DNA of 59,875 nt, the filler included. It is 3 parts of 3 records of this genome, joined end to end, with 100 filler letters (N's around TTAATTAATTAA, not from the genome) between each part and the next. Parts side by side here need not be neighbours in the genome. Positions count along the whole stretch, not along the records: positions 29,492 to 48,807 come from SRR20825019_183; 2 more parts are not named here. One strand, 5' to 3'. Position numbers and translations under genes: made by a program. Of the stretch, positions 34,752 through 46,378 are shown piece after piece; the first letter of the stretch is position 1; each line of letters begins with the position of its first letter. A model generated the notes under the pieces. That model saw nothing but the letters and a program-made list of their open reading frames with translations, made no database searches and was not told the DNA's origin.

Positions 34752-35147
34752 TTAAGTCCTCGATTTCTTTCCTAGCTCTCCCGCATCCGCAGCATCTCCC
34801 CTCACTACGGCCAAGTGCCCCATGTTCTTCTTTACCCTCCCAGCCATTTCAGTCTCGATTCTCTTTGTGATTTCTGCTGTCATTTCCTGTGCACACAAAA
34901 CACATCAGCACTGGCAACACAGAGCACCATTTGCGCACTTACCTTTTGGAGGGGCTCCATAGGATTATTTCTAGTCTTTTTATCAAACGCATGCCTTAAA
35001 GGAGCTGTGCACTCTTGTTAGGTTCGGGCTACAGGTAAATACAAAGTGCCTACCTCCCACTTTCTTCTGAGATTTCTTGATTTGTTTTCTGTAAGTTTCC
35101 TGTTTCTTCTTATCTTTACCCTTGTATAACTTCCCGCCTTGTGCCAT
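34752..35147 (-). CDS. UPF0390 / Leydig cell tumor 10 kDa (C19orf53-like) small basic protein
   Basis: Exons 35147-35054, 35004-34943 and 34886-34752 give MAQGGKLYKG...LQKEMTAEITKRIETEMAGRVKKNMGHLAVV...KKSRT*. Not in the ORF track. Confidence 0.75.
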
Positions 35148-35249
35148 GTCGAAAAAATAAACACAAGCTTTCTTACGCCAAGAGAATAATACTTATATCA
35201 CGGACAGGTCCCTGACTGGTGAGATTGACGGTGTGAGCAAGTGTGACCA

Positions 35250-36030
35250 GGGTGACCGGCGGCTCAGGATCAGGGGCTGGACCGGACCGGCTCCCGATGT
35301 TGGACTGGTGCCTCGTGGATTCCGCGACGGCCCGGCAAGGATAAGGGGGTGGTGGGCCGGGGCTTGGCAACAGTGCGATCTAAGGCCACGGCCGGACACA
35401 CCAGATACGGATCTCCCAAGCAAGGCGGGGGTGCCCGTCTCCCGCACCGGCCGGGCTGCAGGCCGGCCGGGCCCCGCGGCCTGATCAGGCGCGCAAGCTT
35501 CGCGTGGGCGGCGTCCCGCCGGGCGCGGGGCCGGAGCCACGGCGCCCGGCGGCTGACGTCCCACGGACGCCGCCGAGTCTCAATTTGCCCAAAAATGTTT
35601 CAACCGTTTATTTTAGGACATGTATGAATGAAACATATGAAAAGATGACAGGAAGCAACTCAAACCACTGATCATGGTTCAAGCAGCTAATAAGTCATCA
35701 GTCCTCTGCTCACCAGTGACCGTGGCGATCAGAGCTCTCTGGAATGATCGAATCACTGGAACTGCACCAGAAGTTTCCATAGGCACCATGAGCCTGTCAG
35801 TCTACCGACTCATGACTGTGTGGTGCGCTGGCAGTGCCGACTCAAGTCGGTCGTCCGCCTTCAGGCTCAGGTTGTTCTTCGCGGCCCTGGGGCATGGGTG
35901 CTGGCCGCCAGCCTTGACCTCTCGCCACAGCGCCCGGCCGGCCCGGCGCGGATCCGGCCTGGTCCCCGCCGCGAAGGCTGGCAAGCTATCGGCCGGCGCC
36001 CAGGTTCGCCTCGGCGCGGCCTACTTTGCC
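35250..36030. promoter_or_regulatory. Bidirectional GC-rich promoter island
   Basis: Two GC blocks flank an AT-rich core (35585-35700) between divergent genes. Confidence 0.55.
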
Positions 36031-36122
36031 GGGACAGTACCAGAAACTTCTTCTAAAAGTATTTGTGTGCACACCGTCGAACGTTGTGTGACTGGTCCCG
36101 GTAACACAGGCCTTGTGCCACG

Positions 36123-36797
36123 ATGCCGACGGAGAGGCAGGCGTTGATGAGAGGCTTTCTTAAGCGGAGCCACAGCCGTACTGGTTCACGAGCGGTTGGA
36201 CATAAGAGATGCAAGGTCTCAGTATCTATACCACAAGAGAGAACCAATATGGCTGAGGTTTGGCAACAGTGCACAGAAGTTGGTGTGGACAAGGACTTCG
36301 GGCCAATTGCTATTGGGTATAAGCGCAACGTGCCGGGTGGTTGTGATAGCATCCGAGCCTCTAAGAGGTATGTGCGGCGAGATATCGTACAGCACTACCT
36401 CCCACTAACGTGTGTTTGCAGGCCAGCCACCGACGCTGTCGTAGAGGATCTGCAGAAGCTAAGGCTTTCACCCCCTAAATCCCGTCGAAGATTCACCACG
36501 AGAACTGAGGGTGAAAAAAGTTATTCTCCGACTAAGAGCAGTGGGCGTGGAACAACAGAGAACAAGAGGATTGAGGTGTCAGTAGATGTGTCGAGATCTT
36601 CATACGAAGAAATGAAGGAACTGGCGCGTCGTAGTCATCGCGAGAATCTGAGAACAGCTGCCCCGACGCCTTGGGAATCCAACTATAATCCCTGGGCTAT
36701 TGTTGTGTATGAAGATCCTGCAGAGGTTCTGTGGGGCAAGAAGAATAGGAACAAACCAAACAAGGAGCAGCAGTGTGACACAATGGAATGCAGTTGA
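36123..36797 (+). CDS. Hypothetical protein
   Basis: 224-aa ORF with an in-frame GTATGT...CTAAC...TGCAG intron at 36368-36421. Start could be 36249. Confidence 0.55.
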   Translation: MPTERQALMRGFLKRSHSRTGSRAVGHKRCKVSVSIPQERTNMAEVWQQCTEVGVDKDFGPIAIGYKRNVPGGCDSIRASKRYVRRDIVQHYLPLTCVCRPATDAVVEDLQKLRLSPPKSRRRFTTRTEGEKSYSPTKSSGRGTTENKRIEVSVDVSRSSYEEMKELARRSHRENLRTAAPTPWESNYNPWAIVVYEDPAEVLWGKKNRNKPNKEQQCDTMECS

Positions 36798-36858
36798 CGT
36801 GTTTATGGTACCAATGCTACGGTAGGCAGGACGGGTTTGCATTATAATCGCAACGCTT

Positions 36859-38251
36859 CTATGCGGCATTGAACCTTGCAGCTTGGTTTGCCACAAACTT
36901 GTTCTCGTACAAACTGGGCACTGCTGTTGCAGATGCGCGGGCTGGAGCCTGATATGTTGAGTCTCCTCCTGACGGAGATGCCAGCCTATTCTCCATCTTT
37001 GTAGTTTTCTTTGTTGTTTTGTTGGGCAATAGCTTCTCGTCCCGTTGAGGACTAGAGCCAACGAAAGGGGCGCCCCCCTTTAACACAGAATAAATGAACA
37101 AGAATCCTAGTACTCCAAATACCGGGATGGCTAGGCACCCGATCATGGTATACGAGAATATCATGAACGCACCGAAGGTGGTGGATGCAAAACCGGGTGC
37201 TGAGGACGATGAAGTCGTGTCCCCCTCTGATGCGCTATACCCATAGTCTACTGTGCAGTACTGTTCCCCACTAGTGTAGAAATGTCCCAACCCGGGGTAT
37301 CTTGCCACGGTACCATCCGCAGCCGTTGCAGTAAAATAATACTTTCGGCACCCTGTATCCGTGGCTTCCGCGAATGTATATGTATAAGTCCCTTGGTTGT
37401 TGAATGTGTATTGCGCCTCTAGATTCATCGTGTAAGCCTTGTCGTCAAACACCACCTCCACAGCTGCTGGCGAGGCCCCCGTCCCGTCATAGTACGTCGC
37501 GTAAAGCTGAAGATTACCCCCGGTAATGTAGTGTGCCCCACTGTAAATGTTTTCGTTATACGAACTTGCAGAACCCCCAAAATTCTGGGTATAAACCCTT
37601 TCCATGTTGCTCCCCGAAGCGTACCCAGCCCCCATCTCTACGTAAGACGAACGCATGATGTTGGACCTATGTCCATCAGAATTCATCCACCCATCCAAAA
37701 CTGTTTTGGCATCGCTATATCCCTGTGCGATCTGGCATAGCAAGGTCATGGTCAGTAGAGCCAACACGCATTGTGCCCCAATGCTTACGTTTTCTCCTGC
37801 AGCACCGGAGTAGTATTTGCTAATGCGGTCAGCGAAACTGGTACCGTCACACGAGGTATGTGAGAAACTGCAACTGGCCGTGTTGGCTAAGTCACTGGAG
37901 TGCCCACGTGCGGCCTCATTAAGCTTCAGGTTATAGTACAACGGGGGAACCGCGGTCAAGCCAGTGCCCTGCGGGCATGAGCTGGGAGACATACGACACA
38001 ACTGTTGCACAGCATGAGGACATGTTTTTGCAAACTCTACAGAGACAACATACGTTGGTAAAAGTCAGCACCTGGCGCTCGATGAGGCTAGGGTATGCCT
38101 CACTACTATAGGGCACCCCATAGCTGCTGGAGCTTTGTATCGAAACCTCGCTGGTGTATCCCTTTAGGTGCGGCGCCCTAGCGTCGGCGCCTATCCAAAA
38201 TAGCAATCCAAGAAATAAACTCAGACCAGCTGGCCTGAACGCCTTCATCAT
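36859..38251 (-). CDS. CAP/SCP-domain type I membrane protein
   Basis: Signal peptide, CAP motifs LNEAARGHSSDL..FSH, GEN|IAQG, GWMNSDGHRSNIM, YTQNFG, then a beta-rich domain and a TM helix. Introns at about 38002-38053 and 37732-37788. Confidence 0.9.
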
Positions 38252-38354
38252 GAAATGACCCTTGGGACGACCCAAGTCTGGGGTTGTGTACAGAGTGTAG
38301 GTGAATAACCTCTATATGACTCCACTAATTGGTCAAAGTTCGACCAACAGCCAA

Positions 38355-38970
38355 AGGCGGCCCGGTGGCCGGTGGCAACCGACCCACCAGCACTCGGCCC
38401 GGGGCCGCGCCCGGCGCCGGGCGCCGGCCGCCCCGGCGCCCGCCCGGCCCGGCCTGGCCGGTAAAATATCTATATATAGTATCAAAAAGTATTCTTAAAG
38501 TCTGATAGGTGTTTAAATCTGGGTGAAAACGACCGTTGCCGCGGCCAGCTCCTCCGGGCGCGCGCTGGGCCTCGCGGGGGGCCCGCCACGCGGACTGACG
38601 AGCCAGCGGCCGGGCGGGCGGCCCGCGCCGCGAGGCCCCCCGGGCCGGGCCCGGACTGGAGCCGGGTGCTTGGGTCGGGCGCGGGCCCCTCACGCCCCGG
38701 ACGGACCGGCCCGCGGGCCGCCGGTGACGCCCGCCGGCGCGGGTGCGCGACGGCCCGCCGAGTCCCGCAGCTGCGCCCCAGCGGGCCGGGCCGCTCGCCG
38801 CCGGAGTGCAGCGCACGCCCGGACGGCCAGGCGCCCGGCCGGGCCGCCCGCCCCCCGGCACGCCGACGAAGACGGACGCTGGGTGGGCTGGCCGCGGCGC
38901 CGCGGCGGCCCCGCACCACCGAGCTGTGATGGTCACGGCAGCAAGGATCCACCCCGACCGGCCTCCCCAA
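38355..38970. promoter_or_regulatory. Bidirectional GC-rich promoter island between the CAP gene and RasGAP
   Basis: GC blocks around a TATA-like AT core (38462-38520, TAAAATATCTATATATAG). TGAGTCA at 39021-39027. Confidence 0.6.
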
Positions 38971-39045
38971 CGCTCAGTGCCATCCCGATTGTGACCTCCG
39001 CTCGAGAATTTAGTGTAGCGTGAGTCAAATAAGAGGGATCCACGC

Positions 39046-42000
39046 ATGGCGAATTTAGTGTCCCCGCAGGAAGGTGGTTGGCGCAATATGTAGGCTGCTG
39101 TGTGGCTGCAGGTATTTGTTTTAACACATGCACGCAGGTCCCGTGTCACTCCGACCAGAGGTGGGAGCGTTGAGGACATCGTGACAGTGACGGTGGAGCG
39201 TGCACGAGCTCTTCGAGCCGCACTTGGAGGGGTTCCTCCACCAACTGTCGCCGCTCAACCTGGAGAAAGGCACTTTATGAAGTCAACTATCAGCAGCTCA
39301 AAGAAGACTCCCACTGACACCAGGGATGGAGCAGGGAAGCCAAGTCCGAAAAGGAACAAGCCTAGCCGTGTAGGCGGTATCGTGAAGGATGTGGACACGA
39401 TGATTCGGCAGATTCTTGTTGGGAACCACGACACGACCTCAGTTGTCCTGGCCACGCTTTGTGACGCCGTCACAACCGAGATGTCTCGTGATATATGCGC
39501 CGGGGTGGTGGAGATATATATATCTCAAAAGCGCTCTCAAGCTCTGCATAAGTTGATTCGTAAAGAGCTGCAGCGGAATCTCGAAGCCACCAGCAACGAA
39601 GGTCTGATATTGCGTGGTGACTCCGTGGCGACACAGCTGGCTCAACACTACGCATTGAAGGTGGGGCGAAAGTACCTTTATGACCTCCTGCGGGATACAG
39701 TCTTGACCATTTGCGCGTGTTCTGAGGCTTATGAGGTGGACCCTTCTGTCGCCACCTCGCGAGGCCTCGACTGCCACAAGAATGCCATTGTAGTGCGAAA
39801 CACAAGCAATAAGTTCCTCCAGCACGTGTATGATTCTATGTCCTCGTGTCCAGTGGAGATTCGTCGTCTGTGTCAAACGGTAAAGAATGTGACGGAAGAG
39901 AGGTTTCCTGGGAGTGGCTCGGCAGCAGTGGCGACGTTTTTCTTCTTTCGGCTCCTGCTCCCCATCGCGGTGGCCCCTCCAACGGAGATTGTTCACCCGA
40001 GGCAACTGACGGTCATGGCACGGCGGGCTCTGGTGATATTCGCCAAAACAGTGCAACAGATAGTGCATGGGGTAGAGTTCTCTCGAGCGACGATGGCAGG
40101 TGAATTTGCACATATGGAAGTCATCAGCGAGTACGTCCGCCAACAGGCTCCGGTCGTCAACCAATTTGCCGTGCGCCTTGCTGCCTTTTATAGCGAGTCT
40201 GCGGCAACGAATTACCTTGGAGTTCTTCCTGACCCGAAGGTTGTCCAGGCTGAAAAGGAGCACGTGGATCGCATGGTCGCCGCGGTTAGGGCAGGTTGCA
40301 GTCTTGAAAATGGAAATGTGTGGAAAAAGCTTAAGACTGCCTTGGGACCGCTTATTGGCGTTGGAGTGTCTGGTGGGCCGGTGGCGGTTACTAGCTCCTT
40401 AAGGGAGATTGTTTCTGACAATATCCAGATGGCCATGAATAGCAGAGGAAGGTCAAGGTCTCCAAAGCAGCAGAAGTTTGTGCCCGCATCATCTAGGGGC
40501 AACAGTCGAGGGCGGTCGAGTAGCCGAGGCCGAAGTAACAGGCCGTCTCCGTCCCCACACCGATTCGAAGATCATCAACACTCCCACGATCACCCGAAGC
40601 AAAAGGAGGCTGCTCGGGATTATCATACTGCGAACATCACCTCCATGTCGCATGCTCCGGTAGTACGACACACCTCCCGCCCTGAGATAGAAAAGGCGGA
40701 CATTTATGATACAACTGCAGAGGCGCAGGAGCTACGCAGACTTGTTAAGCCCACGAAATCTAGTGTGGCCAGCGCCAACAGCAACAGCAGCATCGGAAGG
40801 AGAAAGCCGGCTAGTAAGGCTAGTGGCCCAGACCCTCTCGACAGGTGCCTCTCTCCCACCCCGCATCTGTTTCCTGGGGCGCGGAAGATGAAGATCAGCG
40901 ACATGAGGGCCGGACGACCTGCCAAGATTGATGGATACCACAAAGCCCCCGAGTCACGCCCAAAGTCGCGCCCCCAAACTGCGCGGGCTGCGTCGGCACC
41001 AAAGCACTCTCCGGTCCCTCGGCCCCAAACAGCCCGGTCCGAACCGCTGAAACAGCCGTCGGTTGATCTTGACGCGGAGGCCAATGATGCCGCCGAGTTT
41101 TTGGTGAATAATGCCCGCGAGAAGGCGCAGCTTCTCAAGGATAGTAATGACCGCATGGTTGCGCAGTCCCTTGCTTGTGAGAATGCGATCAGTGACATTG
41201 TCCAGAAGAACTCGATTCGTAAGACCACCAGCAGTGGGGCGGTTACAAAGAGCATGTCATCGGGTGGCATTGGCCTTGGAGCCGTCCCAGGTGGAGGTAA
41301 GGCCGCTATCCGCTCATCATCATTGGAGAGGGCTCCGCAGCGCCGAGTAGAGTACGATTTGCACGGTCGTCGCGTCCTTACTGGCGTGACAAATGCTCGT
41401 AAGACGATAGGCAAGAGGCCAGCAACAGACCGAGGCCGCACTCCGGCCCGGGGCCGTACCTCCGGACCATCGTCCTCTACTGAAAGGCCTGTTCTCGAAG
41501 GCGGCAGTGTGTTCGATGACATGCTGCAGGATGCACTTGAGCAGAAGGAGCAGCTTATTTCTGACCTTGAGAACCGGGATGCCCTTCGTAAAGAGATAGA
41601 GAACGTCCTCAAAACGAACAAAGGGATCAACGAGGAGCTAAAGGATTACTACAATCAACGGGTGGTCAAGCCCAAAGGTGAATCTAAGTCGAAGACTGCG
41701 CCAGCGCGCAAGATGCCTCATCAGGGGGCGGGCCAGAGGCCTGCGGTTACCAAGAGCACTCAAGAGGAAGTTGGGCGGCAGCGCATGGCCATGATTAAGG
41801 AGCTCATTGCTGCCGCCGTGCGAAGCTGCCCTGCTCATCGTCGCCAAGATATGATCGAGAAGCTGAATCAGGTAGTACGCCAGAATGCGAGTTCAGAGCC
41901 CGCAGGTGCTGTAGCGGGTGCGCCGTCACATGTTGTTCAGGCACTGGTTGATACTATGCTGAACGATCCCGACATTAGGACGGCCGGCCTGGTGCATGAG

Positions 42001-45000
42001 GTGATCAAGAAGTCGGACGAGGCCAAGACTGCGGCGGCCTTGATGCTCGAGGACCCTGACAAGCGGTACATGGACCAAGTGGCTCCTAAGCGCCACTGGG
42101 CAGCGTATAACAAGCCCACACCCTATACGGAGAAGTCGGCTCGAGTTACAAACCCGGGTCCTGGCATGTATACATTGTCACGCCCTGAGGAAAAGAGTGG
42201 TAAGAAGGCGAAGGATACAGCACCAGTGGACGAGGTGCACCAGGATCCATCCCTAGTCGGCAGAGAGGCCGATGAATACGTGGCTGCCTGTTTGGAGGTT
42301 GCGAACGAGCTGCCAGATGAAGAGCGCAAGGCCTTTGAGAAAGAGCGGAAAGCCATGCTCTCCAATGCGGCGACCAGCTTTGGAGAAGAGACCAAACCAA
42401 AGGCTATCTCTCCTTCAAGCCAGAAGGTCGAGGAAGCTCTACTTGAGGCCGCAAGACTGATTGAAGAGTCGAAACGAAACGATACGAAGCACTCTCCAAA
42501 GGCGAAGGTGGGTTCGAGTCATGTACGCGCGTTGGACAAGGCGCTTGCCGCCATGGAAATGGCGGAACGTGGTCTTGGAAAGGCAGCAGTAGCCGCCAAG
42601 ACTGGCAAGGCGCCACTGAAGACGGCGGAACCCGTGAAAAAGATGCCGGCAAACACGATGAGAAGACAAGAGTCTCCGGTCAAGGACCCGGTCTCTCCCG
42701 CCAGCCAGAGGGTAGAAGAAGCACTGAGAGAAGCAAATCGGGTGATGGACGCTGCACGGCGACAAGAGTCCAAGCGAAGACAATTGGACGAAAACACATC
42801 ACGTCCCAGAAATGCTTCTGATGAAAGGGATGAGGCGTCTGGTGCCGCAGCTGCCTTCTCCCAGGATGTTGGAAGGGGGCTCCGTCATGCGGCTGAAACT
42901 GTTGCCGCATCGGCAGAAAAGCGGAAAAAAGGCAAGGCTGCTACTGTGCCATCCTCTGTGCCCACCCCGCCTTCGAAACCGAAGGATGGATCGCGCCCAA
43001 CGTACTTTGCCACTGTGGATCGTAAGCGACCTTCCTCTCTGCCGGATGCCAAGATGGACGCCTTTTCGTTGACTGAAGAGGAGGAAAAGCATCTTCTTGA
43101 CTCCGAGAAGGATCACAAGCGAATGATGGACACGTTGCTTCCTTCAGGTAATCTCGCAGAGCGTCCTGATACGAACGAAAAGAAGCGAGATCCCCGAGAT
43201 GGAGTTTCCCTCCACAACTATGATTCCCGGGGCCGCACGTCCCACAGAATGGGCGCCACTCAGACAAATGAGGCCAGGGGAAGATCCCTTGGTCGGGTAT
43301 CCGCTGAAGCACTGCGTGAGGTGTCTATTGAGCGCAGCATCAAGGATGTTCAACGTTTGAAAGAGCTTGAACGCTTGGAAAAGCTAGCCGAGGAGAAGAA
43401 GGTTCAAGTTCTCTGGTCTCCTCAACACTCGGGCCCTCCAGCCATTGCACCAATGGAGCACGAATCACCTCGTGGAGTCCAAGGCGAAAAGCGGAAGATG
43501 AACACAATTTCTCGAAAGGTTGATGCCGTTAGCAAGGCATTCGGGAAGTACATAGATGAGGACGATGACATGGAGGATGGCCTTGGGAGGCTCGATCAGT
43601 TTGACGGTGGCGCTGTCAAGCAGCCTGTAATGAAGGTCCACCAGGATGCTGCCATTACCATTTCGGAGGCTGATGTCCTAACTCCAAACTCTTCCGCAAT
43701 TCAGAAACAGCTCCACGCTGCTCAGAGACGTCTGGATCAAGCAAACGCGGCTCTTGCTCAGGTGCGTGCCGAGAAAAGCCAAGCCAAGCCTGACAAGGAG
43801 AGAATAAGCAAAGATGACGATAAAGGCCTCATGAAGGCCTCTGGGGCAAATAGCGTCGTCAGTGGAGGTTATGCAGCTCCTTCTGGCAGTGGAGTTGACG
43901 CAAAGCCTTGCAAGAGTGGTACTATCGCCCTCGATGGACGAGTGATGATCCATGATTCTGGTTTCTACGAATCTGTGAAAACGATGCACACTCCAAGTGA
44001 GCTGCAGGCAATCCCTTCGGGTGTTGGGGCGCGGGAAGTGACGCCGCCACCACGACAGGCCAGCCCGGCCGTGGAGGAGCAGGCATCGAAGACATTGCCC
44101 TTGTTGACACGTAGTGATCTGACGGCGATCTCACGTAAACCAGACCCAGCTTCCCCAGACGCACTGGACGCTGAGTTAACGCTTTCGGATTTGACTGATT
44201 CGAAGGGCTCTAACCGGGTGTTAGATGGAGGAAAGAAGCAGTCTGACATGGATCTCAGCAAGAGTGGGGGGTCTAAGTTCAGCGGTCTTTCTGCTGACCC
44301 GTGGGAAAGCGGGTTGAGCAGCAATGTGAATGCAACGTTCGGTGTTGAGATGAGTCGCGTTGCGGAAACTTCAGGAGATGCACCTACAATGACACCACCG
44401 AGCACAACTGCCAAAAAGCTTCAAGATGGTCTGCGGAATCTGCTGGACAACCTGGAAGACTGGGAAGACGCCCTCGACAGCCCGGCGCCACCCCCGGACC
44501 TAGCGGGCAACGCAACCCGCGTTCAGGTGGAAGGTCATCAAAAGCCAAGCAATCCGAGTACCCAAGAGAATATTGAAGACTTTGTAATCGAGGATGGGCA
44601 GTTGGAGGTTGCCGCGATGTTGGAAAAGGCGGGAGCGCTGCGCATTAATCCTATCGATGATACAGATGATGTCCTTGAAGACTTTGAAGATTCCAGGGAG
44701 CACTTTGATGATGTATCTGCGCCCGGTAATTCCGTATCAATTGTTGACAAGCTGGCACCGATGGAGGATTCAGAAGTCGATGGTCGTGATCCGTCTCGAG
44801 GTGCAGTGCCATCAGTTGATGTTCCTTCCTTGAGCATCGGATCGGTACAGAAACGGACTCAGGCGGCGCTGGAGAAGGCGATGGAGGACGATGAAGACGT
44901 CTTTGGTGAAGATACACTCGATCTAGATTCGGAGGCATTGGGCGAGCCTGTGAAGGCGATCAAGCCCTCCGTGACACATAAGGTGAGTTGTGTACTGATG

Positions 45001-45216
45001 GCCGGTCGGATCATTGAACATCTAATGTTTTTGGCGTAGAAACCCACCATGGGATTCATCGGCCTCGAGGATCTCGACAGCGCAGTAGCGGCCACTATCG
45101 GGAAGGGCACCTCGGCCCTGCTCAACCCTTCCTCTTCGGGATCTCAACTGCAGATGAAACCCCTTACCGAGACTTACGATGCTCCGGAAGATGATGATTG
45201 GGATGCCTCTGACTAA
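39046..45216 (+). CDS. Large RasGAP-domain protein (~2000 aa) with a long disordered C-terminal region
   Basis: Arg finger ILRGDSVAT, YEVDP, CPVEIR, FFFFRLLLPIAVAP, AKTVQ. Introns at 39090-39137 and 44983-45039. Ends ...EDDDWDASD*. Confidence 0.9.
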
Positions 45217-45274
45217 ACCGTGGAGATCCGCTGTGATTAAGCCCAGATGGCAATCTCGATTTACTCGCACTCAG

Positions 45275-45530
45275 GACGTGACCCCGGGATGGCGGGCCGC
45301 GACGCCCGGCACTCATGGCGAGTCGGAGCCGGCGCGCCGGCCCGCCGCCCGCCGGACCGTGGCAACACTCGTCAGTGTGGCCTTGTAAACCTAGTCGGGT
45401 CACTGATGAGTTAGCGTTCACTCGGGCCGCCGGCAGGCGCACGCAGGCTCAGTGGCCAGTGGATGACCTGCGCTCCCGGACACTAGGCCCGACTCGGCGA
45501 GGTGTTCAACTGCGGAGGTTCAGCGCCGAC
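45275..45530. promoter_or_regulatory. GC-rich promoter island upstream of the BART gene
   Basis: GC block between the RasGAP stop and the ATG at 45635. Confidence 0.5.
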
Positions 45531-45634
45531 TAGTGTTGGAGTCTTGTGCGGCTTGTGAGCTTGAGAGATTTCAAGCTGCATTGTTATATTAAATGAAGTC
45601 TGGTTGTGTGTACTTTGAGGCCTTAGGAGAAGCC

Positions 45635-46205
45635 ATGGTTGACTTGGTGGAGAGACTAGCCGAGTTCCTGTCAGATAGCTCGTTTTTCAGTGAAGTGGAA
45701 GCGTTTATTGAGGATGCAGGCAAGGTGAGAGTCACCAGAAGGCTCCATGCTTGGAGCGACTGACGACGCTATGAAGAGGATGGAACTACTTTCGAACCAG
45801 GTGGACCCTAAATGCGCAGTTGTAGAAAATAGTCATGAGTGGGTGCATTACCGTTCTTTAGCCTATACCCTAACTCTGAAGCCTCTTGCCAGGAACTACG
45901 AGGTGTACGGGGAGTACCAGGAACTAGTAGAGGACAAACTAGGAGGTAAGTAGTATTAGTCTTGTTCCATTCACACTGCTCAACCCGTGAAAGGATTCTT
46001 GGAACAAGAAAATCTGACCAATGAAGAGTTCTACGCTTTAGTGAGAGAGCTGATAGCGGCCGAGGATTCCGAAGTGGGGGCCATCCAGGCTCTGATGAAT
46101 TTTGTGGCGGGGATCACTGAATATGAAACGTTTCTCGGCTTGGTCAAGTCCTCATCAGCACACGCATATGACTTGCCGCCAGATGACTGGGGAGCAGAAC
46201 TATGA
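45635..46205 (+). CDS. BART-domain (ARL2BP/CFAP36-like) protein, 4 exons
   Basis: FFSEVEAFIE...ENSHE.YEVYGEYQELVEDKLGGFLEQ..LT.EEF...ITEYETFLGLV. Introns at 45725-45776, about 45839-45893 and 45946-45993. Confidence 0.85.
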
Positions 46206-46378
46206 GGAACTGTGCTGGTGCAAAATAGATTTATTGCGGCGTGTATGCCTGCTGGCACGGATTCAGTACACTAGCCCTTCAAGAGCTAGAAATACAAGCC
46301 AGCCTCAGAGCAGAACCCACACGCGCTCCAACTTCGAATAAATCCACGACGAAACCAAGGTCGCCCATAGCATGGACC

